A stretch of DNA of 64,000 bases. Origin: Clostridia bacterium (GTDB taxonomy: Bacteria; Bacillota; Clostridia; Christensenellales; QALW01). Shown one piece after another: positions 17,124-27,311 of the stretch; the stretch's first letter is position 1; every line of letters starts with the position of its first letter. Below the pieces are notes generated by a model. It saw nothing but the letters and a program-made list of their open reading frames with translations. It was not told the DNA's origin and made no database searches. The stretch lies in assembly GCA_045600145.1 (NCBI GenBank), contig JAZRXI010000012.1, positions 14,581 to 78,580 of the forward strand. The letters run 5' to 3'. The position numbers were made by a program, and so were the translations under genes.

Positions 17124-19325
17124 TTACATTTTTACCTGCCTGATGAACGAATCCTGCATTTCTTTAGACATGGCATTGAAATACTCATTCCAGCCGCAAA
17201 CACGCACTTGCAACGTCGGGTATTTCTGAGGATCCTTTTGCGCTTCGAGCAGTTGTTCTGTCGAAAGCACATTCCCCTGCAACGCCATGCCACCGCGCAT
17301 AAAATATACTTCCGCCATTGTCATCATCGCATTTATGCCGTCATCGCCGCGAACGCTTGATGGATGCAAAAGAAAATCAAGTACAGCGGCATCGCAGAAA
17401 TCGGTATGGTCAAAGCATGTTGCTGAGTTTATAAGTGAAGTTATGCCCTCTCTGTCCGCTCCGAGCGTCGCACTGAGATTTTTCGACGTAGCTTCTCCGT
17501 CATATCTGCCGTCGGGTGTTGCGCCGAGATTTTTACCGAAAATTATGCAATGGTCTATGGAATCCACCCCAATGCGCCACACGCCGCCGATGCCATTGGG
17601 CTTCCCGAGCAGTTTTTGTGTAAGATGCGTGATCACGCGCTTTGCGAGATAATCAACGTTTTCAATGCCGCATCCGAATTTTTCTCTATCCTTCAGGATT
17701 TCAAGCCGAAGAGCTTCTCTGCCTTCCCAATTTGCAATAACCGCATCCCGCAATTCTCTGTAAGTTATCCTTTTTTCGTCAAACACGAATTTTTTGACCG
17801 CTTCAAGAGAATCAGTCACAGTTCCCGTTCCGAAAAATTTTACCGACGTATTACTGTATTTTGCCCCGCGGTTAAAAATATCTCTGCCGTACTCAATACA
17901 AAAGCTGTTGCACCCCGAATACACCGGTGACGGATTTATCTTCATGTTAAGCTTTGAGTTTTCAACGATATAATCCGTAACAAAATCAACAATGCTGTCA
18001 AGTTGAGTTATATAGCCGTTATAAAATTCCTCAAATGTAGCGTAATCATCCGGCGTCGCTGGTCCGATGCGATATCCGGTACGTTTATCCGTGCCGCATG
18101 TAAAGACGAGTTCCATTGCCTTTGCCATATTCAGCCACGAGCCGCCGATGCAGGGCTCCTCGATATTCGGTATCAGTGGCTCATAACAACCGAGTATTTC
18201 ATAGTATTTTGATTCATCACGCTGAATCCCTATCTTCTCATATGCCTTGAAAACGGTTTCATCATTGACTATCACCATTGAGCTTACTCCCGAACGGATA
18301 AGTCCCATACATTTTTCCAATATATTTTTCGGCATATCATTGTGATAGTGTATATGAAGCTTCGGATTGTCGAAGCCTAACTCACTCCACACATCAAGGA
18401 TGAGATATGTAAGCTCATTTTCACCCTTGATGCCGTAAAGCTCGCTTCCGCACAGATCATACGGCTGATTTGCAAATCTTCTTGCTGCATGGAACTTAGC
18501 AAAAAAGAATCTGAACAGCTCCTTTATTTCCTCCTCGCTTGCTCCGTTTTCGAGTGATTTTTTATAAAACGGATAATAATGGATATCTATTCTGCCAAGA
18601 CATCTTGCGCGCTCACAGCCTATTTCCTCAACCATTATGTATATATATGTCAACACCAGCGCTTCATAGAGGTCATCCGGCTTTTGCACAATCAGCTTTT
18701 CAAGACACGCGCTGTAATACGGAATATCAAATTTCAGTGATTCGGCATACAACCGCTTCATAAGCGTGATCATTGCATTATATGAGATTATTACAGAATC
18801 GTAGAAATCGTGTTGTTCCGGCGTAAGCGTACCGCTTTGTTCCTTTTGGCTTTTTGCGTTTTCGGCACGCTCAATTATTCCCGTGATCCCGAGTGTCAGC
18901 AAATCGTGAAAATGCGGTATCGTATGCCAATAATCGGCATCTGCAGAAGCGCATCCCGTTTCATAAAACATATCACGTCTTTCGTATTTTTCCGGCATTT
19001 CTTTCGAAAGCACTCTCGGGCGCATCACGTTGCGCAATATCCTCTCGCCTATTCCGTCCCATTGCGCGAACGGCTCGTATGTCGTTCCGTCATTTACTTT
19101 TTCGGCAAAGATGTTTTGAGGATTTATTTCTATCTGAATGTTTTCAAGAATAAATTTTATCATTTCCGCGCGCACGAGCATCATTGATTTATTCCTCGTA
19201 CCGAGTTCATAAATCTTTACAAGCTCATCATATATCTCATCAGGTTCAAGCCCAGAGCCCTTGTTAAAATGCGGATGAATAAAGTCATTTTCAACATTCT
19301 CCTTCACTGAAGCATACTTTAACAT
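17124..19325 (-). CDS. Divergent, short (733 aa) glycyl radical enzyme, PFL2/diol-dehydratase-like clade, substrate unknown
   Basis: Glycyl loop LQVRVCGWNEYF (Gly codon 17193..17195), GATPDGR motif, Cys loop ILGCYEPLIP (Cys codon 18186..18188). Confidence 0.75.
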   Translation of the reverse strand: MLKYASVKENVENDFIHPHFNKGSGLEPDEIYDELVKIYELGTRNKSMMLVRAEMIKFILENIQIEINPQNIFAEKVNDGTTYEPFAQWDGIGERILRNVMRPRVLSKEMPEKYERRDMFYETGCASADADYWHTIPHFHDLLTLGITGIIERAENAKSQKEQSGTLTPEQHDFYDSVIISYNAMITLMKRLYAESLKFDIPYYSACLEKLIVQKPDDLYEALVLTYIYIMVEEIGCERARCLGRIDIHYYPFYKKSLENGASEEEIKELFRFFFAKFHAARRFANQPYDLCGSELYGIKGENELTYLILDVWSELGFDNPKLHIHYHNDMPKNILEKCMGLIRSGVSSMVIVNDETVFKAYEKIGIQRDESKYYEILGCYEPLIPNIEEPCIGGSWLNMAKAMELVFTCGTDKRTGYRIGPATPDDYATFEEFYNGYITQLDSIVDFVTDYIVENSKLNMKINPSPVYSGCNSFCIEYGRDIFNRGAKYSNTSVKFFGTGTVTDSLEAVKKFVFDEKRITYRELRDAVIANWEGREALRLEILKDREKFGCGIENVDYLAKRVITHLTQKLLGKPNGIGGVWRIGVDSIDHCIIFGKNLGATPDGRYDGEATSKNLSATLGADREGITSLINSATCFDHTDFCDAAVLDFLLHPSSVRGDDGINAMMTMAEVYFMRGGMALQGNVLSTEQLLEAQKDPQKYPTLQVRVCGWNEYFNAMSKEMQDSFIRQVKM

Positions 19326-19420
19326 CGTATCACACTCCTTATATTTTATATTTTAAACAACGACAATATAAAAAGCAATACAAAAAACAATACAATTTTT
19401 ATGATTTTCGAATATTTCCG

Positions 19421-19454
19421 AAAAAAAAAGATGCTGTCATGATAAAACAGCATC
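19421..19454 (-). terminator. Intrinsic terminator after the alpha/beta-hydrolase gene
   Basis: On the minus strand: GATGCTGT-loop-ACAGCATC followed by T9. Confidence 0.7.
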
Positions 19455-19475
19455 CGATGAAGCAGGATATTCATT

Positions 19476-20204
19476 TTATTGGTCAACAGCCAGCGCCCAC
19501 TCAACGATTATTTGCGGGTCCACAATTCCGTACGGATGGTGACCTTCTTGACCCTTATCAATTTCAATCAACCAGCATTCGTGTTCACTATACTTATTCG
19601 AAAGAATTGCTCCGTTTTCATCATATGGTGCCGTCGTATCACAATCGCCGAACACCATAAATACCGGTATATTATGTTCAATAAGCGTATCGATTCTGTC
19701 GACCGGGTGGTCACGGAAATTTATCAGCTGTAAACGCGTGATTCCGGTTGCACTTGTAAACTCTTCAAATCCGCCTGCGGCAGAATTTCCGATACCAAGC
19801 GGGCAAGAAAGATAGTTCAACACCGGAGCATCAAGATAGATCCCCGACACACATTCCGGATAATCTGACGCAAAATATACCGCTTTTGCACCGCCGCACC
19901 CCAATCCGACAAGCAGACATTTGCTATGAAATCCGTGTTTTGAAACAAGTGCATCGTAAAACTTCTTCTTTGCTTTCTCATCGTCAGGACAATACCACCG
20001 CGTCTTATTCTGCAAATAAATGACATAGTATCCGTTTTTGAGCATCTCGATTTCAAATTCCGGAAAATCGCCGAAATATTCTGTCTTAAAAATCCACTTT
20101 TTGTCTTCCCGCGGTTCATTCGGTTTTACTATAATAGCCTTGCGTTCACCAAGCATGAAGCTTATCTGTTCAAATCCGTAAAAATCCGATACGGTAACTT
20201 CCAT
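19476..20204 (-). CDS. Alpha/beta-hydrolase (dienelactone hydrolase/esterase-like)
   Basis: 242 aa. It has a nucleophile-elbow-like LLVGLGCGGAK in place of GxSxG, plus a late DxxxP...GHHP region. Fold assignment only. Confidence 0.5.
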   Translation of the reverse strand: MEVTVSDFYGFEQISFMLGERKAIIVKPNEPREDKKWIFKTEYFGDFPEFEIEMLKNGYYVIYLQNKTRWYCPDDEKAKKKFYDALVSKHGFHSKCLLVGLGCGGAKAVYFASDYPECVSGIYLDAPVLNYLSCPLGIGNSAAGGFEEFTSATGITRLQLINFRDHPVDRIDTLIEHNIPVFMVFGDCDTTAPYDENGAILSNKYSEHECWLIEIDKGQEGHHPYGIVDPQIIVEWALAVDQ

Positions 20205-20334
20205 AATACACCAACCGCCCTTCCGCTTATGTTATACACTTTTTGTGAAAACTTATCAATTCAAACCTTGTGGCTCCGCCACTTGACACCTCAACACTTT
20301 TTTGGGAGCTCCGCCCCCGTTCGCTTTTGAAAAA

Positions 20335-20433
20335 GCGGCGTGAAGTGCAATAAATTCTTTTGCCGAGCTTTTGCTCACAGGGAAGCATTGCGGAACGAAA
20401 TTTCACGTAGCGAAGCCCTTTCTAACGAACTTA
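20335..20433. repeat. Copy of the dispersed intergenic repeat (GCGxCG-GAAGYGCAATAAA...GCGGAAC core)
   Basis: gcggcgtgaagtgcaataaattcttttgccgagcttttgc...cacagggaag..gcggaacgaaatt aligns with 24379..24470 and 28205..28290. Confidence 0.55.
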
Positions 20434-21480
20434 TTACTCCTTTATTTTACCGAAAATTATTTTACCGGCGTTAGTCTGGAGCATGCTTGTTACAACGATA
20501 TCAACGAAGCTGCCTACATGTTCATTTGCGTCCTCGACGACGACCATCGTGCCGTCATCAAGATAGCCCACGCCCTGTGACGGCGTTTTGCCCGGTCGTG
20601 TCAGTTCGACCGTCAGCTCATCGCGTGCTACGACCGTGGGCTTGAGTGCATTCACCAATTCATTGACATTAAGTATCGTCACGCCTTGCAGTGACGCTAC
20701 CATGTTCAGCGAATAATCATTCGTCATTATTGCCGCACCGGATTTTTTCGCAAAGGCAATAAGCTTGTCATCAATGCTTTCAATGTCGGAGAATGAATCA
20801 TTGCTCAGTACTACATTGTTTTCGCTTTGAAGCTTTTTGACAGTGTCAAGTCCCATGCGCGCGCGGGTGCGCTTCTTTTCATCATCCGAATCAGCAAGAC
20901 GTGAAAGCTCATCAAGCACAAATTTCGGTATGTATACCGGACTTGACAGAAAGCCTGTCTTGAAAATGTCATAAGCCCTGCCGTGAATAAGAATACTCGT
21001 ATCAAGCACCGTTCCCGAATAAGGCTCGCCGTCACACGCCGCGGTGACGGGTATCGCATAATCGTCGCCGCGCATCATCGCAACGCGAACACCAAGCGCA
21101 CCAAGACATATGTATATAAGAGCATTTATACATGTGACAAGCAATTCATTGCTTATCTTACTGAAAATCTGGCTGACGAGAAATGCGCACACCAATCCGA
21201 TAAGCAAACCCGCTACCGCCATGAACAGCTCGCGTGCCGACATCTCCTTAGCCCTTTTTGCCATCTTTGCCATGCCTCGCGAAATCGCATCGGAGCATGG
21301 TGCGCCGAGAAAGAATCCCAAAAGCGCAAATGCCGATATCAGCGATATTTCTATTATTCCCGCGACCCAACCCCACAGAGTTATGTCGGTCTTTTGTAAA
21401 ACATACTCAAGCAACAGCCATATCCAATAACCTATCGCGCCGCCTATAGGCGCAAACAAAATGTGCAGAACGCGTTTCAT
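20434..21480 (-). CDS. yacL: PIN/TRAM-domain membrane protein (YacL-like)
   Basis: Four N-terminal TM segments, a PIN domain (VLDTSILIHGR...) and a C-terminal TRAM-like beta domain (VVVEDANEHVGSFVDIVVTSMLQT). Conserved position next to radA. Confidence 0.75.
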   Translation of the reverse strand: MKRVLHILFAPIGGAIGYWIWLLLEYVLQKTDITLWGWVAGIIEISLISAFALLGFFLGAPCSDAISRGMAKMAKRAKEMSARELFMAVAGLLIGLVCAFLVSQIFSKISNELLVTCINALIYICLGALGVRVAMMRGDDYAIPVTAACDGEPYSGTVLDTSILIHGRAYDIFKTGFLSSPVYIPKFVLDELSRLADSDDEKKRTRARMGLDTVKKLQSENNVVLSNDSFSDIESIDDKLIAFAKKSGAAIMTNDYSLNMVASLQGVTILNVNELVNALKPTVVARDELTVELTRPGKTPSQGVGYLDDGTMVVVEDANEHVGSFVDIVVTSMLQTNAGKIIFGKIKE

Positions 21481-22853
21481 TTTTTCTCCTTTATCGCTCC
21501 CGCGGCAAGTGCTGTAAATACATTATCCGCAAAAATCAACTGTATATTACCGTAAGACGGCAGATTTCGTTTATTCCCCTTAGGCAGTATTATGCGTTTG
21601 ATACCGAGCCTAATACATTCTTCAATGCGTTGCTTGCATCCGTTTATCGTGCGAAGCTCGCCCGTCAATCCGACTTCACCGAAAAACACGGTGTCGAACG
21701 GCAACGGCACATTATTGTACGCCGATGCCACCGCCGCAAGCATCGGCAAATCGGCGGCAGGTTCGTCGATGTGAAGTCCACCCGCGATGTTGATATAAAC
21801 ATCCTGATTGTAAAGCTGATACCCCAGATGCTTTTCAAGTACGGCAAGCAATGTGACCATTCGGCTATAATCAACGCCGCTTCCGACACGGCGGGGATTG
21901 TTGAAGCCCGATGACCCGGTCAATGCTTGGATCTCTACCATCACGGGGCGTGTGCCCTCAAGTGAACACATCGTAGCCGTTCCCGATACAGGCTCGGTGC
22001 GCTGTGACATAAATATTTCTGACGGATTCGTGACATCTGTCATTCCGTCCTCGGTCATTTCAAAGACGCCTATCTCGTTTGTCGATCCAAAGCGGTTTTT
22101 GTTCGCTCTCAGCACTCGAAACGCTGAATTTCGTTCACCCTCAAAGTACATTACGGTGTCAACTATATGTTCCAATACTTTAGGACCCGCAAGCGTGCCT
22201 TCCTTAGTCACATGGCCAACGGTAAAGACCGTTATACCGTACTCCTTTGCAATGCGCATCAGGCGTGAGGCGCACTCGCGCACCTGTGAAACAGTTCCCG
22301 GCGCTGAGCTTAAATAAGGCGCGTATACAGTCTGTATCGAGTCCACTATCGCCAAATCAGGCTTTTGCACCGAAAGCACCGAGCATATTTCGTCGATATC
22401 GGTTTCCGTAAAAAGATATATCCTTTCCGAAAGACAGTTCAGTCTGTCGGCACGGAGCTTTATCTGATGTGCCGATTCCTCTGCGGAAACGTACAACACG
22501 TTTTTTGTCTGAGCGACAAAATCGCACACCTGCAAAAGCAGTGTGGATTTGCCTATGCCGGGCGCACCGCCGCAGAGGATTATGCTTCCCGGTACTATCC
22601 CGCCTCCGACAACACGGTCCAGCTCCTCACTGCCTGACGGAAAACGTTCGAAACTCACGGTTTCGACATCCTTGAGCTGACGGACTTCCTTTTGTGCGAC
22701 ACTTGCGGCACTTTCCTTTTTTATGTTCTTGGGCTGTATCTTGATAACTTCTTCTTCAAGCGTCCCCCAACTGTCACAGCTCGGACACTTCCCAAGCCAT
22801 TTTGAAGTTTCATACCCGCATTGCGAGCATATATAAACACTTTTTTCTTTCAT
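21477..22853 (-). CDS. radA: DNA repair protein RadA/Sms
   Basis: N-terminal zinc finger [18 protein letters not shown], Walker [15 protein letters not shown] motif, Lon-like C-domain. Confidence 0.92.
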   Translation of the reverse strand: MKEKSVYICSQCGYETSKWLGKCPSCDSWGTLEEEVIKIQPKNIKKESAASVAQKEVRQLKDVETVSFERFPSGSEELDRVVGGGIVPGSIILCGGAPGIGKSTLLLQVCDFVAQTKNVLYVSAEESAHQIKLRADRLNCLSERIYLFTETDIDEICSVLSVQKPDLAIVDSIQTVYAPYLSSAPGTVSQVRECASRLMRIAKEYGITVFTVGHVTKEGTLAGPKVLEHIVDTVMYFEGERNSAFRVLRANKNRFGSTNEIGVFEMTEDGMTDVTNPSEIFMSQRTEPVSGTATMCSLEGTRPVMVEIQALTGSSGFNNPRRVGSGVDYSRMVTLLAVLEKHLGYQLYNQDVYINIAGGLHIDEPAADLPMLAAVASAYNNVPLPFDTVFFGEVGLTGELRTINGCKQRIEECIRLGIKRIILPKGNKRNLPSYGNIQLIFADNVFTALAAGAIKEKK

Positions 22854-23962
22854 TTTACAAGCATTACCGTCGCGGTCGAGGAAATGCCCTCCTCTCTGCC
22901 CTCAAAGCCGAGTTTTTCCGTGGTAGTCGCGGCAACATTTACACGTCCCGTCGATATACCGACAGCATCAGCGATATTTTTGTTCATTTGCATGATATAT
23001 TCTTTGAGCTTCGGTTTTTGGGCGACTATAACAGCGCTGATATTTACGGTTTTGAAGCCGCGCTCACTTAACAGCGATACGACATGCTTAAGAAGCAGTA
23101 TACTTGATATCCCCTTGTAGCGTTCATCGTTATCAGGAAAATGCCGGCCGATATCGCCGAGCGATGCCGCGCCGAGCATTGCATCCATTATTGCGTGGAT
23201 GACCACATCTGCATCTGAGTGGCCGTCCAAGCCTTTTTCGTACGGTATTTCCACCCCGCCGAGTATAAGTTTGCGGTTTTCGGCAAGTCTATGGACATCA
23301 TAGCCTATGCCGCTTAAATATGTATCTGGCATTTTAATATCCTCCGCGGTAGTAATTTTTTTGTTAGAATATTTACTTTCAGCCATCACGACATTTTTGC
23401 CGAAAAATTCAAATACGGCGGCATCATCGGTAAAGTCTTTTCCGTTTGCGTAAACATAAGCGTCATATAATTCCCTCGTCAAAAATCCCTGCGGGGTCTG
23501 TGCCGCCCACAGGCGCGAACGTTCCGGCGTCGATACTACTTTCATTGTGCCGTCCGTCTCTTTGACGGTATCTGTAACTCTTACGCCTGCCACCACCCCG
23601 GTGTTTTCGTTGATCGCATCAATGACGCCGTCTATCGTTTCGCTGTCGACAAACGGACGCGCTCCATCATGCACGAGTACCGTTTCATATTTATCCAAAA
23701 TCGCTTTCAGTCCGTTGAATACCGATGTGCTGCGCGTGCTTCCGCCGCGCACATACATGACACTGTCACCGAGTATTTCCTTGAGCCTTTTTTCATCGCG
23801 TTCCGAATGGATGACGTATACAGCATCCACCCTCTCATGCTTTAGAAAGACATCAACGGTCTTTTTTATCATCGGCTCGCCGTTTATTTCGAAAAAGATT
23901 TTATTCTCCTTAAGTCCCGTACGGGTACCGCTTCCCGCCGCGGCGATAAGAGCGCAGATCAT
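22850..23962 (-). CDS. ispDF: Bifunctional IspD/IspF (MEP cytidylyltransferase / MEcPP synthase)
   Basis: N-terminus AAGSGTR...VHDGARP (IspD). C-terminus GIGYDVHRL...[11 protein letters not shown] (IspF). Confidence 0.9.
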   Translation of the reverse strand: MICALIAAAGSGTRTGLKENKIFFEINGEPMIKKTVDVFLKHERVDAVYVIHSERDEKRLKEILGDSVMYVRGGSTRSTSVFNGLKAILDKYETVLVHDGARPFVDSETIDGVIDAINENTGVVAGVRVTDTVKETDGTMKVVSTPERSRLWAAQTPQGFLTRELYDAYVYANGKDFTDDAAVFEFFGKNVVMAESKYSNKKITTAEDIKMPDTYLSGIGYDVHRLAENRKLILGGVEIPYEKGLDGHSDADVVIHAIMDAMLGAASLGDIGRHFPDNDERYKGISSILLLKHVVSLLSERGFKTVNISAVIVAQKPKLKEYIMQMNKNIADAVGISTGRVNVAATTTEKLGFEGREEGISSTATVMLVK

Positions 23963-24201
23963 AATATTTCCTCGTACATCGGACTTGACGCAAGCTTTGC
24001 GTCGCGCTCCTCCGCAAACAGCACTCTGAATGAATGCTCGTGCTCACCGAATGTGATGTTCAGTATGTCACCGACCTTAACATTATAGCTTGCCTTCGCA
24101 CTTCTGCCGTTCACTGCTACTCTGCCCGCGTCACAGGCATCGTTTGACACCGTGCGTCTCTTGATTATTCTTGAAACCTTCAAATACTTATCCAATCGCA
24201 T
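23959..24201 (-). CDS. S4-domain RNA-binding protein (Hsp15/YabO-like)
   Basis: [33 protein letters not shown] is a canonical S4 motif. 80 aa. Confidence 0.7.
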   Translation of the reverse strand: MRLDKYLKVSRIIKRRTVSNDACDAGRVAVNGRSAKASYNVKVGDILNITFGEHEHSFRVLFAEERDAKLASSPMYEEIL

Positions 24202-24225
24202 TATAATATATCTCCTTATTCTTTA

Positions 24226-24255
24226 ATTATAATGAATGGTGTTCGGTATTGTCAA
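24226..24255 (-). promoter_or_regulatory. Candidate promoter of the S4-ispDF-radA-yacL operon (TTGACA-18-TATAAT)
   Basis: On the minus strand: TTGACA (24255..24250), 18-nt spacer, TATAAT (24231..24226). Confidence 0.45.
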
Positions 24256-24323
24256 TCGCTATTTATATGAAATATTATGAAAATTACGGAGAAAACCGTA
24301 ATGTGGCTTTTACGGATAAAGCA

Positions 24324-24470
24324 ATAATAAAAAACACAGTGCCTGGATTTTGTATAAGGCACTGTATTTGTTTTACTCTGCGCGAAGCGCAATAAATTGT
24401 TCTGACGAACTTTTCGCGAGAATCGTTCGCAGGGTGGCGGAACAGATTCCCCGCAAAATCGCCGAATCCA
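24324..24470 (-). repeat. Dispersed intergenic repeat including an intrinsic terminator (ACAGTGCCT...AGGCACTGT + T-run on the minus strand)
   Basis: ataataaaaaacacagtgcct / aggcactgtattt / gcgcgaagcgcaataaa is shared with 28149..28221. The downstream part is shared with 20335..20433. Confidence 0.6.
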
Positions 24471-24479
24471 CTTTAAGCG

Positions 24480-25199
24480 TCATGTAACAACTCCTCCGGT
24501 GATTCCTTGTATTATGATATCGCTCCACGCATCACCTGTAATATTAAAGAATGTAAATATACCTCTGAAAAGGCCGTTTGAAAAAAGTTCGGCATCTCTG
24601 AGGTCTCCGCTCAATCTGCCAAAGAATTTCCACAGCAACTGCAGAATATTCAAAGTCGTCTCCTGAAACTCATCTTCGGCTTCGGCAGTAACGTCGTCGC
24701 CGATATACCAAGTTACGATTTCACAATCCGATGTATTCTTATCGACATAAATCTCTTTTACGGTAAGAATCATTTTTGTCTCGCCGCCCTGCTGTACCGA
24801 CAGTCTGCGATAAACGCTTTTTGTCGAATAAAAATCAAGGAAGCTACCGTATGTTGCCGAAATTTTATCGGTATACCTGTAATTGTTATGAGTCTTGAAG
24901 AATTTAATGGTTTCATCGTTATTGTTGAACACGCCGTCGCCGTTATCGTCCATCCATGCGTAGCCAGAAAAATTCGCTTCGTCACCTTTAGGGAATGTTC
25001 CTCCCGCTTCAACGGAACGCATATAATACTCACCGATTTGATTCAATACAGTCTGTGAGCTTATTTCCGATTTTGCATATTTTCTTTCGGCTGAAAGCGT
25101 GCCGACAAATGTAGTGATTACCATACAAAAGCCGAAAGTAACAAGCATAAACACTATCGTCAGTTCAATAACAAAGCCTTTTTTACCTTTCAATTTCAT
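24480..25199 (-). CDS. Prepilin-type N-terminal-domain protein (atypical minor pilin/pseudopilin)
   Basis: MKLKGKKGFVIELTIVFMLVTFGF: the basic leader, Gly, then Phe and a hydrophobic helix form a class III signal, but Glu is at +4 rather than +5. Start set at ATG 25199, 4 nt after the upstream stop. Confidence 0.55.
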   Translation of the reverse strand: MKLKGKKGFVIELTIVFMLVTFGFCMVITTFVGTLSAERKYAKSEISSQTVLNQIGEYYMRSVEAGGTFPKGDEANFSGYAWMDDNGDGVFNNNDETIKFFKTHNNYRYTDKISATYGSFLDFYSTKSVYRRLSVQQGGETKMILTVKEIYVDKNTSDCEIVTWYIGDDVTAEAEDEFQETTLNILQLLWKFFGRLSGDLRDAELFSNGLFRGIFTFFNITGDAWSDIIIQGITGGVVT

Positions 25200-25203
25200 C
25201 GTA

Positions 25204-27309
25204 TCAGCCCCTTCTGTAAGAATACTCAAGCTTTACTTTATCGGTGTTTGAAAGAGCCTGCAAAGCTTCCAAGCTGTTGTCGGTTATTTCGGCTCCCTCA
25301 ATCGACCAAATATAGATACGAGGCTCGATATATGCATCGCTTTCGCTCTTTTTTACCTTCGCCAGATTAGTATAAGTAAGTTTGACTATCAGCTTTCTCG
25401 AAACATTATCAAGTCCGCATGTAATATAATAAGTTTCCGACTCGACTTCATCTGCTTTGGGTTGACCGATAACACCGTATGAAAGGTCACTGTTTTCAGC
25501 TGCTCCGATGATTTCAAAATTATCGGCATTTGATAAAAATATCGGAAGATTATCCTCAGACTGCGTAGTAATGCTGTATGTACCGTCAAAATTTATACAG
25601 CTGAAATAAATGTCGCCTTTATATTCATTTTTAACCGTTGCCGTATTATCTGACACGGTAAAATAAGCTTTATAGTCTCCGCTTATCACTGATGCTTTGT
25701 CCTGATCGAATTTGCCGTTTTTGTAGATGAACCGCATGAACGGCAAATTGTCGGTATCGTAAATCACCGCAATATTATTGTCGAATACGATTTTGCTTAT
25801 TTCCTTTTGCGGCATACTTCCTTTTTTGTAATAAAGCTGCCAATCGTCACCTTTATACGTTTTTGTTATTTCAACATTCTTTAAAATGCAATTTTCATCG
25901 CTGAGCGGATTCGTTTTGTCTGTTGCATCAAAAGAGAACATGCAATCACCGTTCGTGTTCATCAGCTCTACATTGTTGTCTTTCTGCAGAGCGTAATAAA
26001 CACTTTTATTTGCATCGTTCGGTGTGTATTCATTATAGGTAGAATAAGAATATGAGAACAGCGAATTATTGGCATCTCTTAAGTGGTTATTATCACCGAG
26101 GATAGCATTATCGTTTGAGATAGAACGGTAGAACACCCACGGAGCAAAATACCAATTTCCGGTGAATGCGGCCCCGTTACTGTTTTTCAATTCCGACGTA
26201 AATCCCGAATAATCCGGACAAGTTGCCGCGGTAGTATAGGTAATTGCCGCTGACTCTAAGCTGAACATCATTTTTGCCGCACTGCCTCTTCCGTTGGCGG
26301 CATCCGTGATTTCCGTTGAACATTTTATAACTTTATTTTCATCAGATGCCTTGAATGAAATACGGTAGAACAAATGATTGCCGCCGGCGTATTCCACCGA
26401 AGCCGCACTGTTTGGTTCATTGCCGGTCTTAGTGCCGTCGTAGACTTGAAAATAATAGTCTTCAAAATCTATATAAACGGGCTCATCCTCATAATGACCT
26501 TCGATCCATTTCATTTTTTCAAAATGTCCGGCGACCCACTTCTGTGTTGTACCCGTTTGTTCCTTGTGCGTGCCTGCTTTTATACTCTTCAAATAATATG
26601 CGTTATCCAGCAAATATTCTTCAAAATCACTGAGTGAATTGACGCTGATTGTTTTCCATGAAGCACTGTCGTTCGTATCGTCAAATATACCGATAACAAA
26701 AGCCGTTGTTTTGTTCTGTATTTGAAACGTTACGCTTTTTTCACCCGTGATATCATTTTTTGACATGATCAGCTTATAGTTGTTCGGTGTACTTGATATT
26801 TGCGGTCTGATACCGCCGCAAATAACCATTTGGGAAATATTTTTTCTTTCATACTGACCGCTCGGAATATCGCCGTCCGCACCTTCGGTGAGCTTGTTTC
26901 TTGAATACGCACCGTCAAAAGAAAGAACGGAAGCTCCGCTATCATCAACAAAATCCGCTCTCCCGCTGTTTACTACGATTTTTTGATACGGTATCGCCAC
27001 AGGAATACTTCCGGCACCGCTCCCCTTGCCCAACGGCACCGTTTCGATCCTTGTAGCCGGTGTGCCGACATTTATACCCAGATTTGAAATCATGATCCTG
27101 CTGAAATCAGCAAAATCCTCGCTTGCTTCATACACCGAGAGAACATTGCTTGACAAAAGCTCCAACCTATGATTTTCATTTTGCTTTTTGATTTGATTCC
27201 TTGATGAAGAAAAAACAAACAGTACCGAGCCTGTAATAACCGTAAAAAGCAGTAATGCAACAACACATTCCATCAAGCTGAAACCTTTTTTACTCTTTAA
27301 CAAACTCAT
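25204..27309 (-). CDS. Giant (701 aa) prepilin-type N-terminal-domain protein (putative pilus-tip/adhesin minor pilin)
   Basis: MSLLKSKKGFSLMECVVALLLFTVITG is a class III signal with Glu+5. The remaining roughly 670 aa match no domain I recognise. Confidence 0.6.
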   Translation of the reverse strand: MSLLKSKKGFSLMECVVALLLFTVITGSVLFVFSSSRNQIKKQNENHRLELLSSNVLSVYEASEDFADFSRIMISNLGINVGTPATRIETVPLGKGSGAGSIPVAIPYQKIVVNSGRADFVDDSGASVLSFDGAYSRNKLTEGADGDIPSGQYERKNISQMVICGGIRPQISSTPNNYKLIMSKNDITGEKSVTFQIQNKTTAFVIGIFDDTNDSASWKTISVNSLSDFEEYLLDNAYYLKSIKAGTHKEQTGTTQKWVAGHFEKMKWIEGHYEDEPVYIDFEDYYFQVYDGTKTGNEPNSAASVEYAGGNHLFYRISFKASDENKVIKCSTEITDAANGRGSAAKMMFSLESAAITYTTAATCPDYSGFTSELKNSNGAAFTGNWYFAPWVFYRSISNDNAILGDNNHLRDANNSLFSYSYSTYNEYTPNDANKSVYYALQKDNNVELMNTNGDCMFSFDATDKTNPLSDENCILKNVEITKTYKGDDWQLYYKKGSMPQKEISKIVFDNNIAVIYDTDNLPFMRFIYKNGKFDQDKASVISGDYKAYFTVSDNTATVKNEYKGDIYFSCINFDGTYSITTQSEDNLPIFLSNADNFEIIGAAENSDLSYGVIGQPKADEVESETYYITCGLDNVSRKLIVKLTYTNLAKVKKSESDAYIEPRIYIWSIEGAEITDNSLEALQALSNTDKVKLEYSYRRG

Positions 27310-27311
27310 AA

